Source: Takakia lepidozioides (lineage: Eukaryota > Plantae > Bryophyta). From it: a DNA stretch of 64,000 bases. Numbering within the stretch: position 1 is the first letter of the stretch; every line of letters starts with the position of its first letter. Both the position numbers and the translations under genes were made by a program. The stretch lies in assembly GCA_030704615.1 (NCBI GenBank), contig CM060732.1:77996001-78060000 (forward strand), given 5' to 3'. A model generated the notes under the pieces. The model worked only from the letters and a program-made list of their open reading frames with translations. It did not search any database and was not told the origin of the DNA. Shown here in pieces: positions 12,690 to 24,594 of the stretch.

Positions 12690-14367
12690 TCTAACTGATC
12701 CGCAAACATCCCATCCATATCTTTGCACAATGGTTGCGATTCTTAAACTTGCTACATCGGCATTTCTGACCCCAACTTTCCATGCAACTACCTTGACTTC
12801 ATTGCTGTTGTACTGACTATAATGGCGGGTCTTTAACAACAATGTGAGGCCTCACAGCACATCTTCCAACCTTCCCACCCCAAGACTGAGGCTCAGCAAC
12901 TGAGAAGTGACTGGATCTGCCTTATCCTCTCGATGAGGAAAATGCCAAATTGTTGAGCCATAGTTCTCACAATACGTCAAGAACTCCTGGAACATTCCAC
13001 AAAGATCTGGGTCATTTAGACTTTCCTTAGATTCCAAAATGTGCACTTGAGATTCTCGCACTGCATGCAATCGACATAAGCCTCTTCTTACGATCATGGC
13101 CTTGTGGTACCAATGATACTCCAAAGTCGCACCCTCATTACCAGTACACTCCTCATACTCGACTTTATCCGGACCATCATCATCATGAAACGGCTCGTTT
13201 TCATGATCTTTTACGACTTGGAGACCCATGTTAATGTCAATATATTCAGCAAAGGTCGCTGGTCTCGTCCAACCCAATTGCTAGCACTGAAGTCTTGTTC
13301 CAAGACTGACAGATTGTCTAGATCGTCTTCCAGTGCCGCACCAGTCTGCTGTTTAGTCAAGATGCACAAATGAAGATCCAGCCACCTTTTTCTCCCGCTG
13401 TCTCGGCAATTCTTCAACACTTGTGCCACGATACGGTCGTCGCCCTTCAGCCCCGCAAAAGTCAAGTTCTTTCCTGTGTACTTGTGTTGCAATGGAATCG
13501 CAAGCTTGTCACTGAATATGTTCGGTTTTCCTCCATTACTGCTTCCATCCAAGGTTGCAATGCCGCCTCAGCCTTGCCCAACTTGGAGGAGAATCCCTTC
13601 AGCTCTCCTAGCTGCAACACCTCATCAGAGCTAGTATTGCGTCTTACCAAGTTGAAGGCCAGGCATAGTCGTGTACCAGCCGTGACTTTGCGCAGCTCGT
13701 GCTCGCAGTCAGCGAAGAAAACTTTGTAGCAAAAATCCGTTGAGCTGACCTTTGAGAAATCGAAGGTCTTACTCATATTGTTGTGCTTCACCACCAATGC
13801 TCCACCTTCGAATCCTGCCTCCGTCGGAAGCTGGAGCACCAACGTCGCAAACATGCCAGGTTCTTTTTCCGTGTCACGATGGACCTTGAAGTGCCCGTCG
13901 GTGTCGTAGAGCAGAAGTTTGTACAGGTGCGCTTCTAGCTGCAGGGCCGCTCCATCAATGCCCAGCGCGCTTACCGCCTTCATACCGAGCAGCTGGGCAG
14001 TCTTGGATATGAAGTGTGGCGCCCCTGGGAAGCTCACTTTGCAGGCGTCCACCTGCCAGGACCTCCGCACGGCTGTGTCGATGACCGTGGCTAAGCCTTG
14101 GCCGAAGGGCGCCTGCTCGCAAAAACCACGAAGCTTGGAAGTGTCTTCCTTCGAGAGAGGGAGGCGCAATTCGCCAACACCCTGGACGTGTAAGGAGTCC
14201 AGGACGACTCCCTGCTCAGGGGGAACGATGATTCCACCCGCGGCGTAAAACCCATTGGTGCCTTCGGCAGGACTCCAAAGAGCGTCGAGCAGCTTGGTAA
14301 CGAACAACTACCTCTGCTGTGCTTCTGAATCTTCTACAAGGTTCCTCATTGGTGGCATTTCTGGCAT
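12690..14367 (-). pseudogene. Intronless 2OG-Fe(II) dioxygenase-domain gene (fungal/oomycete/bacterial-type family), disrupted
   Basis: Motifs GVGELRLPL, QAPFGQG..TVIDTAVRRSWQ, LYKLLLY...GHFKVHRDTEKEPGMFATLV, FFADCEHELRKVTAGTRLCLAFNL (HxD...H...R), then LQHKYT...LKGDD and EECTGNEGATLE..YHKAMIV. In-frame stops occur at ~14309 and 12852, with frameshifts near 13520 and 13255. Confidence 0.8.
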
Positions 14368-15961
14368 TTCTGCATAAACGTTTTGCAGTCAGCAGACCCG
14401 TGAAGGAGGACAAGGAGGAAAGGAGAAGTCCTCGATGACTGAGGAAACTTGTGCATTTGTGATGATTTATGCTAAGTATATGCTGGGCTGGTCGTGGCGG
14501 CAATGTTACATTCAGACAGAGACAGAATTGTCACCTTATCACACACTCCGAGAGTTTTTCGATCTGGGGACAAAGTGGCTCAAGAATGCCTGTACTGGCT
14601 ACATGTGAATATCTTCGAACCTCGACAGAAATGAAGAAAGGGACATTGAATCTCCGATGAAATTATATTGTAATGCTGTTGATCCTCAGAACCTTGAAAC
14701 TCACCCTGAATCTCCAAATTAGTGGAAGAATTCACTTCTTCACCCATTCTTGATCACCAGGCTCCCGCCAGCCACGCCTACCTACAGAAGAGATAAAAAA
14801 ATGTCGTATAAGTGAAGACACAAGACACATCTTTCCTTTCTGCTCCGCAGAGATGAATACAGAGAAAGGCTGAGGGACAGATAATGGAAGATTGGTATAT
14901 TTCAGGGAAGACGAGTAGGAAGGATCTTGGTATGTTTTATGTTTTTCTTGTGATATCTTTTCGTTTCGTGAATCGTATGAAAGGCGGCGCTGGCGCTAGT
15001 CCCTTCAATAACGAGATAGGGCGGGAACCCAAAAATGGGTGCAGCTCTATAAGGCCCAGATGGGGCCCACAATCTTGCGCGTGTGAAGGGGGACTGTGAC
15101 AAGGAAAGTAGGGACTTGGGAAAAAAAAAAAAAAAAAGTAGGTTCGATTACTCGGGACTTGTTACTTATGGCCTTTCGATTACTTACATCTTGGCATGGA
15201 GCAAGGGATAGCATCCACTTCTGTGAGCAACCCCTTGTTGCTGCCTCGGGAGCAGTAGGGCCTTGAGTTTGTCAAATATGGATGATATACATGGATGATA
15301 GTACATATGAGGATGATTCTATCCAAATTTTAATGGATGAACAGAAAATATGGCTATTTCCTGCAAAACTCAGTAGCAACTCCTGCCATTTTGCAAATTT
15401 AGAAAATAAAATCAAATTAAATTTAAATCACAGTAACATGCCATGGAGGCTGGGAAAGGGGCGGAAAATACACTTTGAATTTTCAACACTCTTCAATTAC
15501 CTATGCACCGATGGGTGGAATGGTGAACGTAGCAAAGAAGCCTCTCTCATTCCTCCCTCCTCTTTGCGGGTTGGGAGTTCACAACCTCCTCTTCTCTTGT
15601 CTTTCCATGTTAAGAGTGTCACAATCTTGGCGGAGGATTATAATGAGTGAGGATAGCATGGCCAAGGGCACTTGTATAGGCAGCCGGAAATCAAAGATTT
15701 CAAGGTTTGAGTGCGACAAATTTACACTATACAAGCATCACAGATCTGCAATGATAGTACGATATACACTTTTTTGTAATGGTTCTAGAGCTAACAATTG
15801 GAGGCAGGAACAGCTGCCAGAGTAACTTGGAACATTAATCAACAGATTCAGATGCTGTACATTCAATAGGTATTCGAAAACTGGGTAAAGCCACCCATGC
15901 AGCACCCCTGGAAGGCACAAATGCAGTGTGTTTGGATGGATAGAGAGAGAGAGAGAGTTGT

Positions 15962-18900
15962 TCATCCGCCCCCGCCCCCGCCCCCACAGCCACCCCCACA
16001 GCCGCCCCCACCCCCGCCCCCGCCCCCACAGCCACCACCACCCCCGCCCCCGCCCCCGCCGCAAGCTCCTGCTCCACAACCAGTTCCCGGTGACATGCTT
16101 GCTCCACAGGCTGCACCGTCAGCCAGGAGTCCAGGGTTGCAGTAAAAGCTTGACATCCACAGAACAGGGGACATCTCCCACCAGGCATAGTAATTCAGCA
16201 TGTTGAAATCTGCTAATTGCCTTAGTGCTCTGTCCTTTTCTTCATTTGGTCCCTTCCGCACGACAACGGAACCTGCAAAGGAAACAGAGGACAAAAACTT
16301 CGGATCAAAATAGGAGTCCCCTATCACAAAATGGATATGGTTTGTGACAGATGCACCACCAAAGATGACACCTGTATGAATTCTTAGGTAGGATTAGGTT
16401 TCCTTAATACAAGGACCGAGTTCCGAGAATAGTACTAACTGGAAGATAAAGTCCAGGACTGCTCATAAACAGAATTTTAACTGGTCATAACTTACCCCAG
16501 TCGTTACCATCTCGTGAGACCTCAACACCTGATGGTTTTGAACGCTTTTGTGGGTGAGAAGAGTTGACACCAACCATGTCAAACACTGATGATGCTATTA
16601 CAGCTGACAAAAGCACTACAAGCACCACCGTCTCCTCTGCTGTAACCTGTACAGAATAGTTCAACAAAAACTGTTTTAGAATTGGCTCAATGGCAAGAGT
16701 ACTTCCATTCTGTGTCCACTATCGTACTAAGAGCTGGGAAGTGACACACAATTCGGTGACACAGATTAGTGGTGAAATAGACTGTCAACAGGGAAATCTC
16801 AAAAGTCTGCACAAGAAACAATTAGAGACTAATACACTGGTTGTGCTCAGGTACCACAGTCTTTCAAAAGAGATGAAGTCTGATAACAAGTAAGCTGAAA
16901 GTTGCATACAAGGCTTCAATAACTTGAATGATGATTTCCCCAAGATATTCGATCAGCAGCTAGGGATATCAATGCAAAAAGGTAGCTCTCTGACACACCT
17001 CCATGGCGCCAGATCTCCAATTGAAGAGTGCAGTGGCCTTGCCTAATGGGACCTCAGGCGTGAACCGAATAAGCGTTACAAAGCCAGCTTCCTCCTCCAC
17101 TGTTGCACCTCTTACTTCATACTCTAGCTTTCTCCCTGATAACAATAGTATCTGCATGGAAACCAAACGTTCACTCTTCAGAAGAAATGAAAGAAATGAT
17201 TACACCAAAGAGAGTAAGTAAAGACCTGTGATATCACACTACACTTGAAGTCCTATGGCATGGATTGCACAACTTATTCATCAAAAAGGCACTACTGGAG
17301 CTGCCACTAACAGAAATTAGAATAACTCCTTACAGGATAACCAAGGCGTCCTTGCAAATGAAGTTTGGGCCTGAGATCCCAGTTACTATCAGTCTGATCC
17401 TTCTGGATGGTGAGTTGAGCAGCACCCTCAAACAAAGACCATTCCCTGTAATGTGACATGTCCTCCGTCATTATTTGCTGACCACGGCCAGCAATCCTAT
17501 CTGCAGCTCCACACAGGGGCCCAGTCTTTATGTTAGGACTGTCGAGGCATTACTCATGTCACAGTGGTACACTCAGCACAGTTGCATTGAGATCTCTTGA
17601 TCATTCTATTGTTTACGTAGCAAGATTTGATTGAAATTGCAAATATACCTGTAACTTGCATGCCAAAAACTGAGATAATGAGACAGAAACGAAGAGACTA
17701 TGACACACACAAAAGTGAGGCTTCCTAAACACATACCAGGGGCTTGTTGACCATAAATGAGGTGAGGGTACTTCCAAGCACCTTGATGCACACATACTTC
17801 TCTCTGGTCCTCAGACACAGGTTTGGGACGAAAACTTCCCTCCGCATATCTGAAAGAGTACAAAGCAATCTCAAAACGAGTGTTCCATGCCATTGCAAAG
17901 AAAGGGATCGAATTGTGCCAGCATGTATGACAAAATGCAAGTCAAAGCATTGGAAGAAGCTGAAACACATCTAGGTCAACTGATTTTGTCTTGTACCTTC
18001 TGAGTTGAACCTTCCATTGATTGAGTAATTTTTTCTTTTGCAAAAATCTGCTTCTCAAATACGGTGGGGGAGGGCAAGAAAGGAGTCACTTACCTAATAC
18101 GAACCACAAACACTTCTTTGTCGGCATGGTCCAAGATAGTCCTGGTAATCCATCTCCCCTTTTTGGATGACTGGGGCTTCACAGTGCAACCTTTATTATC
18201 TGTAACTCGCGCTTTCATGGCTCGAAGAAGGTAGGGCCCGTCAATGGGAGGGGTGATTGATGCCTCAATATGCAAGGCACTGGGATTCGCGTTATACGGC
18301 AGGCTAAACAACAAAGGATACCAGCCTGAGATTGATAGTGTGGGTAAGGCAAGCAGCTGCTGCCAGGTGAGGGTCAAATGCGCAAGTTGCTTGGAGCCCT
18401 GAAAGGCCTTAAAGAATCCAGTGGGGCTGGAACGAAGCTCCACCACTACACCTGTAGTTGAGGTTTCAACCTCCAACATAAGCATCTGCTTCCACTGTGG
18501 GTCAACAGATCTGGGCACACTGTATGTGTTAAACTGGAATCCACTGCACTTCCGTAGAACTTTGACTCGAACAAAGAGAAGAGACCCAGCATGTTGCACT
18601 GGAACATTCTTGGCACCCATCAAACCCAGATATATCTGAAAGAGAGTCACAACAAAAAGGAGCAAGTGAATCAAGCAATGAATCCTGCATCATATATCCC
18701 TTGACTTTTTATATACCACTGGAAACTCATCTGTACCATAGACTCTCACACCAAGTTCTCTTTCATCTTTCTGTTTCCTCTGAAGCCCTAAAAACAATCA
18801 ATACATGTGTCAAAGCATACTGACGCTGCGCTGTAATGGCAATTTCCCAACAAGTCTAGCAGGGAAAATAAATTACTGACACTCGAATATCTGACACCTC

Positions 18901-21898
18901 AATTTTCTTCAAGGTAGAATGACAAATGCGGGGGAATATAGGGGAAAGGGATGACGCATTTCCTCCTTTCACAAGAGATTCACCTGCACAGTTCGCCTCC
19001 TTGTCAAGTAGGTAGTCTGTTGCTGCTGTTCTGAGGAGAACACTGGACTGCTCTCAACAATTAGATCCTGCACAATAGCCCGTGGAAGTGGAGAAGGCTC
19101 CATCCCTCTGTACATGACCCCTGCTTTGATGTACAGACTTCCAAATGTATGTTCCCATAGCTCGCATGTAGTTTTGAAACCAGTGTCAAGCTTTTGACCT
19201 TCACTACGGTCACTTGCTGTGTCATCATGCTCCAGCACCCTTTTTAACAGTGCTACAGTATCCTGTAAGTAGGCCAAGGGACAGAGCTGGTGGGCATGCC
19301 ACATCACATCAATATCATATGTTGGCACTAAGAAGGTGGAGCCACGAGTCTTTGACAGGAGATGCAAGAAACCTTTGTATCGTTGCTCTGCTGCCCTTAA
19401 GAAAACCTCTTGTGACATGTACGGTCGAGACACCTGCCAGTTGCCAGGTGAAAATGAGTTAGTCTACGAGTAGAACCAGGAATAACTTTTAAGCAGTTTA
19501 AACTGGGTTTCCTACTTATCTGATGGACAAGTATAACTTGAATCTCTGGAATTAGCCCTAAAAAAGCAGTTTGCGTTTTTAATCGATAAGGCCTCAAAGG
19601 TAACATTAAGGGTAACAAGTCAAATAAGTCTCCACTTGATAAGTTATAACTCGCCAAAATTATTTGGTGAATTCAAACTCACAGTGTAACTTGACGGCAT
19701 ATCAAATAATAGATTAGCATGGGTAGTTGTGGCTTTCGCCATGATGCAGGATTGCCCCTATACACACATTGTGGGTGGTTTAACTTTATATAATGATATC
19801 AACAAGACTAGTTCAGGCTGCAGGCTGTAGGTTCTTTGTCTCGAGATTCGTGATAATGGAGACTTGACACATGTGAACTGAATTTTAAACTTTAATGACA
19901 GGGCTTGTCATTGACCTTTTACCTGCAGACACATTGATAAGGTTGGCAATCCATTTAGAGATACAGCAGGTCAAAGGGCACAGTACATATAAATGGTATT
20001 CTTTTCTTCCCTTACATTGTATTTTTAGACCCAAGACGGGGAAGAAGTTGCAGGAAGGAAGATGGAAAAATAAATAAATAAAATATCCACATCTATATAT
20101 AGCTGCGGCCTTTTCTCATTCAATGGATTCTACCCTGTTGACAGGCCTATTGCCACAGACATGAAAGGTTGACTTTATCCCTGTTTTCATTCCATGCTAG
20201 CACGAACCTGAAGTAACAGGGGTGTGTCTATGGGAGGGAGACACGGAGATACACATTGGAGCTCAATGTTTGCTTTTGCTTACCTGGTAATAGAAGGGCC
20301 TCTGCCTTGAAACTGCATCAGCCAGATCATAAGTGACTTGCTTTCTATCCTCTGAGTGTAGCTCAGATTCACTTGCGTCATCCAGCATTTGACCCAGCTT
20401 GGCACCTCTATCATTGTAGGTAGCGTGACTCAAGTTAATACTGTATGGTTCACTACTGTATCTTTTTGACCAAAGTTGAATGGTTGCCTCCACTGCGGCT
20501 TGCTTCTCTCCTGGATTCACAAGAGGAGAATCCAGAAGCCTTCCAAAAACATTCTCACAGTCCTTAGCATATTGCACCTGCAGAAAAATATGTCCATAGT
20601 TCTATAAGGAAACGAGTTTACATAATCACACATACTATCTTAGGATATGTTAGCAGCTGTACATAAACTTCTTTAACTTCCAAGTGCTTGCTTCTGGTTC
20701 AAGAACTATTTTGACAATTTGGACAGACTTGCTCTATGGAAATACTACCCCAAAACAACTATTCTCCACACCACTGGCTTCTGCAAATATAGCCTCAAAT
20801 TCATTCAGAACTGAGCATATGTGTGCAAATTGTGTCAATGTTTACTAGAAATAAAACATGTATGTTTGGGGGATGGCGTGTCAACTAGCATGATGGGGAT
20901 TTTGTGCAAGTAAACTCTGGCACATATTAAACACCTTTTTGTTGACACCTGGGCCCCCACAACCGCTGATTCACAAGGCACTGTGTCTCCCATAATTCTT
21001 GGGGTCTTTAGGTGCATCCTTTTGATTTTCTTACGTGGTTCTTACTTGGTCTATGAGTCTCATGGACATAGTAAAAATAATTTCTGCCCCTTCCCTCTCC
21101 CTCCTGCACAGTCTACCCCTCAACCCAGCTTTCCCCTGTCTCCACAAAAGAGTGATAACCTTGCAGATGGTCAACTCACTGGGTTAAGCCGGTGGCAATG
21201 CCAAATCCATGCACAATCGAGGGGAGGAATCAATGGAAGGCCCTGTTCCATGGAAGCCCTTCCTTCACTTGCCAGGAGGGGCAACCAGCAATTTTTGTAC
21301 CTGTACAGTTCATGGGATGTCAATTCTTGCAATGTACAGTTCTACAAAATGCGAGATTTGAAGGCACATTTAGAAACTACCAAAAAACATCAAACGGAAG
21401 GAGACAGACAAGTGTTCCTGACAATTTTGAATCTCCATAACATTAAATCTTAAATTGTTATGTGCTTGTCAAAGAGAGAACAACAATAAAAAACAGAAGA
21501 GGTTGCAATCACATCCATATAACAAGAGAAAGGCAACTGTCAGACAGCAGTGGTCCTCCACTCAAAAAGAGGGAAGGTACAGAGAGAAAAGAATTGACTA
21601 GCCCATCTTCTTGGACCCTGCTTGGAGTCTGATCTTCCAGCCAAAGTTGTCTGATGGTATAATCCCCTTACAAGGAGGCTGATACTATGTGACTTTCAAC
21701 CCTAGAAAGACAAAATAACTAAATTTGCATTTTAAATCGTTACCTCTCGATACCCCGTGTAAGGACTGGTCCCTCGTAGAGACATGGATTGCGGTCAACA
21801 TCGGCAAGCAGCTCCAGCTCTTGCTTGGCCGCAGCAACCAGATCCGCAGATATGGGAATGGCCTGTGCTGCGTCCCACTCGCTGGCTTGAAGATCCAT
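15962..21898 (-). CDS. GRDP: Glycine-rich domain-containing protein (GRDP1/2-like, DUF1399), ~851 aa, 10 coding exons
   Basis: Exons 21898-21744, 21300-21180, 20577-20284, 19433-18984, 18635-18094, 17849-17737, 17500-17334, 17151-16999, 16646-16496 and 16371-15962 all join in frame at GT-AG sites (2556 nt). Motifs: ISADLVAAAK, CWLPLLA, PPLDCAWIWHCHRLNP, FLVPTYDIDVMWHAHQL, GRKLEYE and a C-terminal GGCGGG tract. Confidence 0.93.
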
Positions 21899-22621
21899 CA
21901 CGCAGGAAGCTACAGAATTTGCCTGTTTTCGCACGGAATCTGTGGAATTGCAGCGTCTCTTTCAGACCAAGGTTTTATGCAGTCAAAGACACAGGGTTAT
22001 GTTCCAGTTTCACATACCAAGAACAGGAATCCTGAAATTGGACAGCGTCCTCTCTCCTCCAAGCTTCCCTGTGTTAGTTGCTTTGTCAGTTCCTCCCGAA
22101 ACGGCTGTATCAATACCTCTGGATTTGTGATAGTCAACGTCCCCCCCCTCTTTGCCCTCGGTCGCAAGAAGTATTGAAGGAGCTTATGTTTCACTCATGA
22201 TTGAAAGAGGGGCCAAACCTTCAGTTGATAGCCTCATCAACTGCTCCATTCTCTCCAAACTAATGTGTTTCTCCCCCTGGAATTCTCTCCTCATATGCGC
22301 TCCTCCTTATATTTAGCTGCCGACACTTGACCACCGCCACAGGGAGACAACGCGGCACTAAAAACTCAACCCGCAAGTTTTTGGAGCTGGAGGTCCCGGG
22401 TGTGGCCCACTCTTTCGTCATGTCATGGGTGAAAGATAAGCTATTCCAAGCTTTATTGCAGCAGAAGCAGATGCAGATGCAGACGAAGCCATTGACATTG
22501 GGCAAGCTTGCAGCGGACATCATCTCTCTCGCAGCATCGACGAAGCGATCCGAGCTCATCTTTTCGCACATCGCGTAGTGCCAACTAAAGGTCGCAGACT
22601 AGTTACTGTGGAGCAGGAATA

Positions 22622-23255
22622 GGCTGCCATAGTGCCACGTCATCTTCTACCACGTCAACTGCGCCATTGGTTCCAAGCTGCCATAGTGCCACATCATCTT
22701 CTGCCACGTCAACTGCGCCATTAGTTCCAAGCTGCCATAGTGCCACGTCATCTCCGTCATTTGTTACAAGCTGACATAATGCCACGTCATCTTCAGCCAC
22801 GTCATCTCCACCATTTATTACAAGCTGCCATAGTGCCACGTCATCTTCAGCCACGTCATCTCCGTCATATATTACAAGCTTCAGCCACGTCATCTCCGTC
22901 ATTTGTTACAAGCTGCCATAGTGCCACGTCATCTTCAGCCACGTCATCTTCAGCCACGTCATCTCCGTCAATTGTTTCAAGCTGCCATAGTGCCACGTCA
23001 TCTCCGTCATTTGTTTCAAAGTTGCCATAGTGTCACATCACCTTCTACCACGTCATCTCGGTGATTTGTTTCAAGCCGCCATAGTGTCACATCATCTTCT
23101 ACCACGTCATCTCATCTCGGTGATTTGTTTCAAGCTGCCATACTGCCACGTCATCTCCATCATTTGTTTCAAGCTGCCATAGTGCCACGTCATCTCCGTC
23201 ACTTGTTTCAAGCTGCCATAGTGCCACGTCATCTCAATCGTTTGTTTCAAGCTGC
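22622..23255. repeat. Minisatellite (~39-bp core plus 15-bp subunits) containing 18 exact CCACGTCA motifs
   Basis: Unit GCTGCCATAGTGCCACGTCATCTCCGTCATTTGTTTCAA with variable insertions of TTCAGCCACGTCATC. Motifs were counted by eye. Confidence 0.9.
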
Positions 23256-23837
23256 CCGGACTGCCCGAAAAATGTTTTTAAGAAGAGGAATAAGATATAA
23301 TATCAGAATATAAAAAAGACGTCATTTCTGCCACATCATTGTCGACAAGTTTCGGAGGCCACATCAGCAACCTACATTCCTGAATCTGCCCAAATTGCAC
23401 AAAACAAATTAAATTACGAAAATCATTTTTGTCAGGAGCAGACTACGCTTTTTGCAGGGTGCTTGATGCAAGCACAAGCAACTTGAATCAAATTTATATC
23501 TATCTTGTGATCACTAAGGTTGAATGCAAGCGTGGGAGCCTTGCCGGTAGGGTCGCCGGGGGATGGCCGTACCGTCGACGTTTCGGCTGGGCACTGTCAC
23601 ATTCCCACCGCCCCTTGCTCCCCTCTCACTTGCGAGGCTGTATTTGTAGAGTAAAGGATTAGGAAATCAAAGATGAGGCAAGAAACAGATGACAGTCTGG
23701 TAGCTTGGTGATGTGTGTTATGAAATTGAGGTCTGAGGTTCAATACCTGGCAGTGAAATCGTGTTGCCTGATTGGATGCACATGGGACTGATTAATACAT
23801 TTTGTCATCTCCAAAAATAATCCTAAGTCCAAGATAG

Positions 23838-24155
23838 TGGCTACGCTCCCCTGTCCCTTCATGTTCCCAGTCCCTGTCTCCTATCCCTGTCCCTTGTCAC
23901 TTGTCCTCGCTCCCCTCCTCGCCCTATGGAATGCGGCTCGCTCCCCTATTCCCGGTCCTCGCTCCCCTCCTCGCGTTGTGGAATGTGGCTCGCTCCCTAT
24001 TCGTGGTCCCCGCTCCCCTGTCCCACTATGGGGAGCAAGGATCTTGGACCGGGAACAGGAGAGCAAAACTGGAGAATGTACATGGTCCTAAAAATGGGGA
24101 GGTGTGGAGCGCTCCCCACCTTCACAGTGGGGGAGCTCGAGTACAGGGAAGTAGC
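23838..24155. repeat. Short GCTCCCCT-rich repeat block, possibly a degenerate MITE
   Basis: A ~52-bp direct duplication at ~23905 and ~23957. The ends are loosely inverted (GCTACGCTCCCCTGT ... ACAGGGAAGTAGC). Confidence 0.35.
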
Positions 24156-24431
24156 TTGTTTCGGTTCCGTCTATTGTTTGAAATGTGCGGAGCTTTGGTG
24201 GTTGTAGCGTGGTCCGGTCTGTGCGGGAGGCCATGGCTACTCAGTTGCCCGCTGCTGTTGTCGCGGAGCAGTTCAAGGGCAGAAAGGAGGTTGAGGGTTG
24301 GTCAAACCCTCCTTGGATGAAAGCAGAGTTAGCTACCATGATACACGATCGACCTCAATCTGGTGATGGTTCCGGTCTGGATGTACAACATGCAGCTTCA
24401 GACCGAGAATACCACAGGTATTGTTTTGCTC

Positions 24432-24472
<41 letters not shown>
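24432..24472 (+). repeat. (GAT)n microsatellite
   Basis: About 13 perfect GAT units. Confidence 0.95.
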
Positions 24473-24474
<2 letters not shown>

Positions 24475-24594
24475 AAGGCTGCCAACCCCAATAGATATTG
24501 TTGGGACAGTCTATTCTAGAATGGAGTGTTGTTAAAGTCATTACATGACTTTTGAGTCTGAAGGACTGTAACTAAGAAGTTTGAGTCATGCAGA

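Noticed and set aside
13511-13540. A GT...AG mini-intron that would repair the dioxygenase frameshift
   Set aside because: It is only 28 nt, too short for a plant spliceosomal intron, and other lesions remain.
15190-15250. Imperfect hairpin, possible miRNA precursor
   Set aside because: The stem is short and mismatched, with no match to a miRNA family I recognise.
15897-16206. Plus-strand Pro-rich (PPPPQ) and RPRPH ORFs resembling extensins
   Set aside because: They are antisense shadows of the GRDP glycine-rich last exon.
22603-23313. Repetitive ORFs (DDVALWQL / PRHLRHL) and a superficial CRISPR-like look
   Set aside because: These are translations of the minisatellite. There are no unique spacers or cas genes, and the context is eukaryotic.
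23695-23760. B-box-like GGTTCAATACC suggesting a SINE
   Set aside because: The A box and tail are too degenerate to support a call.
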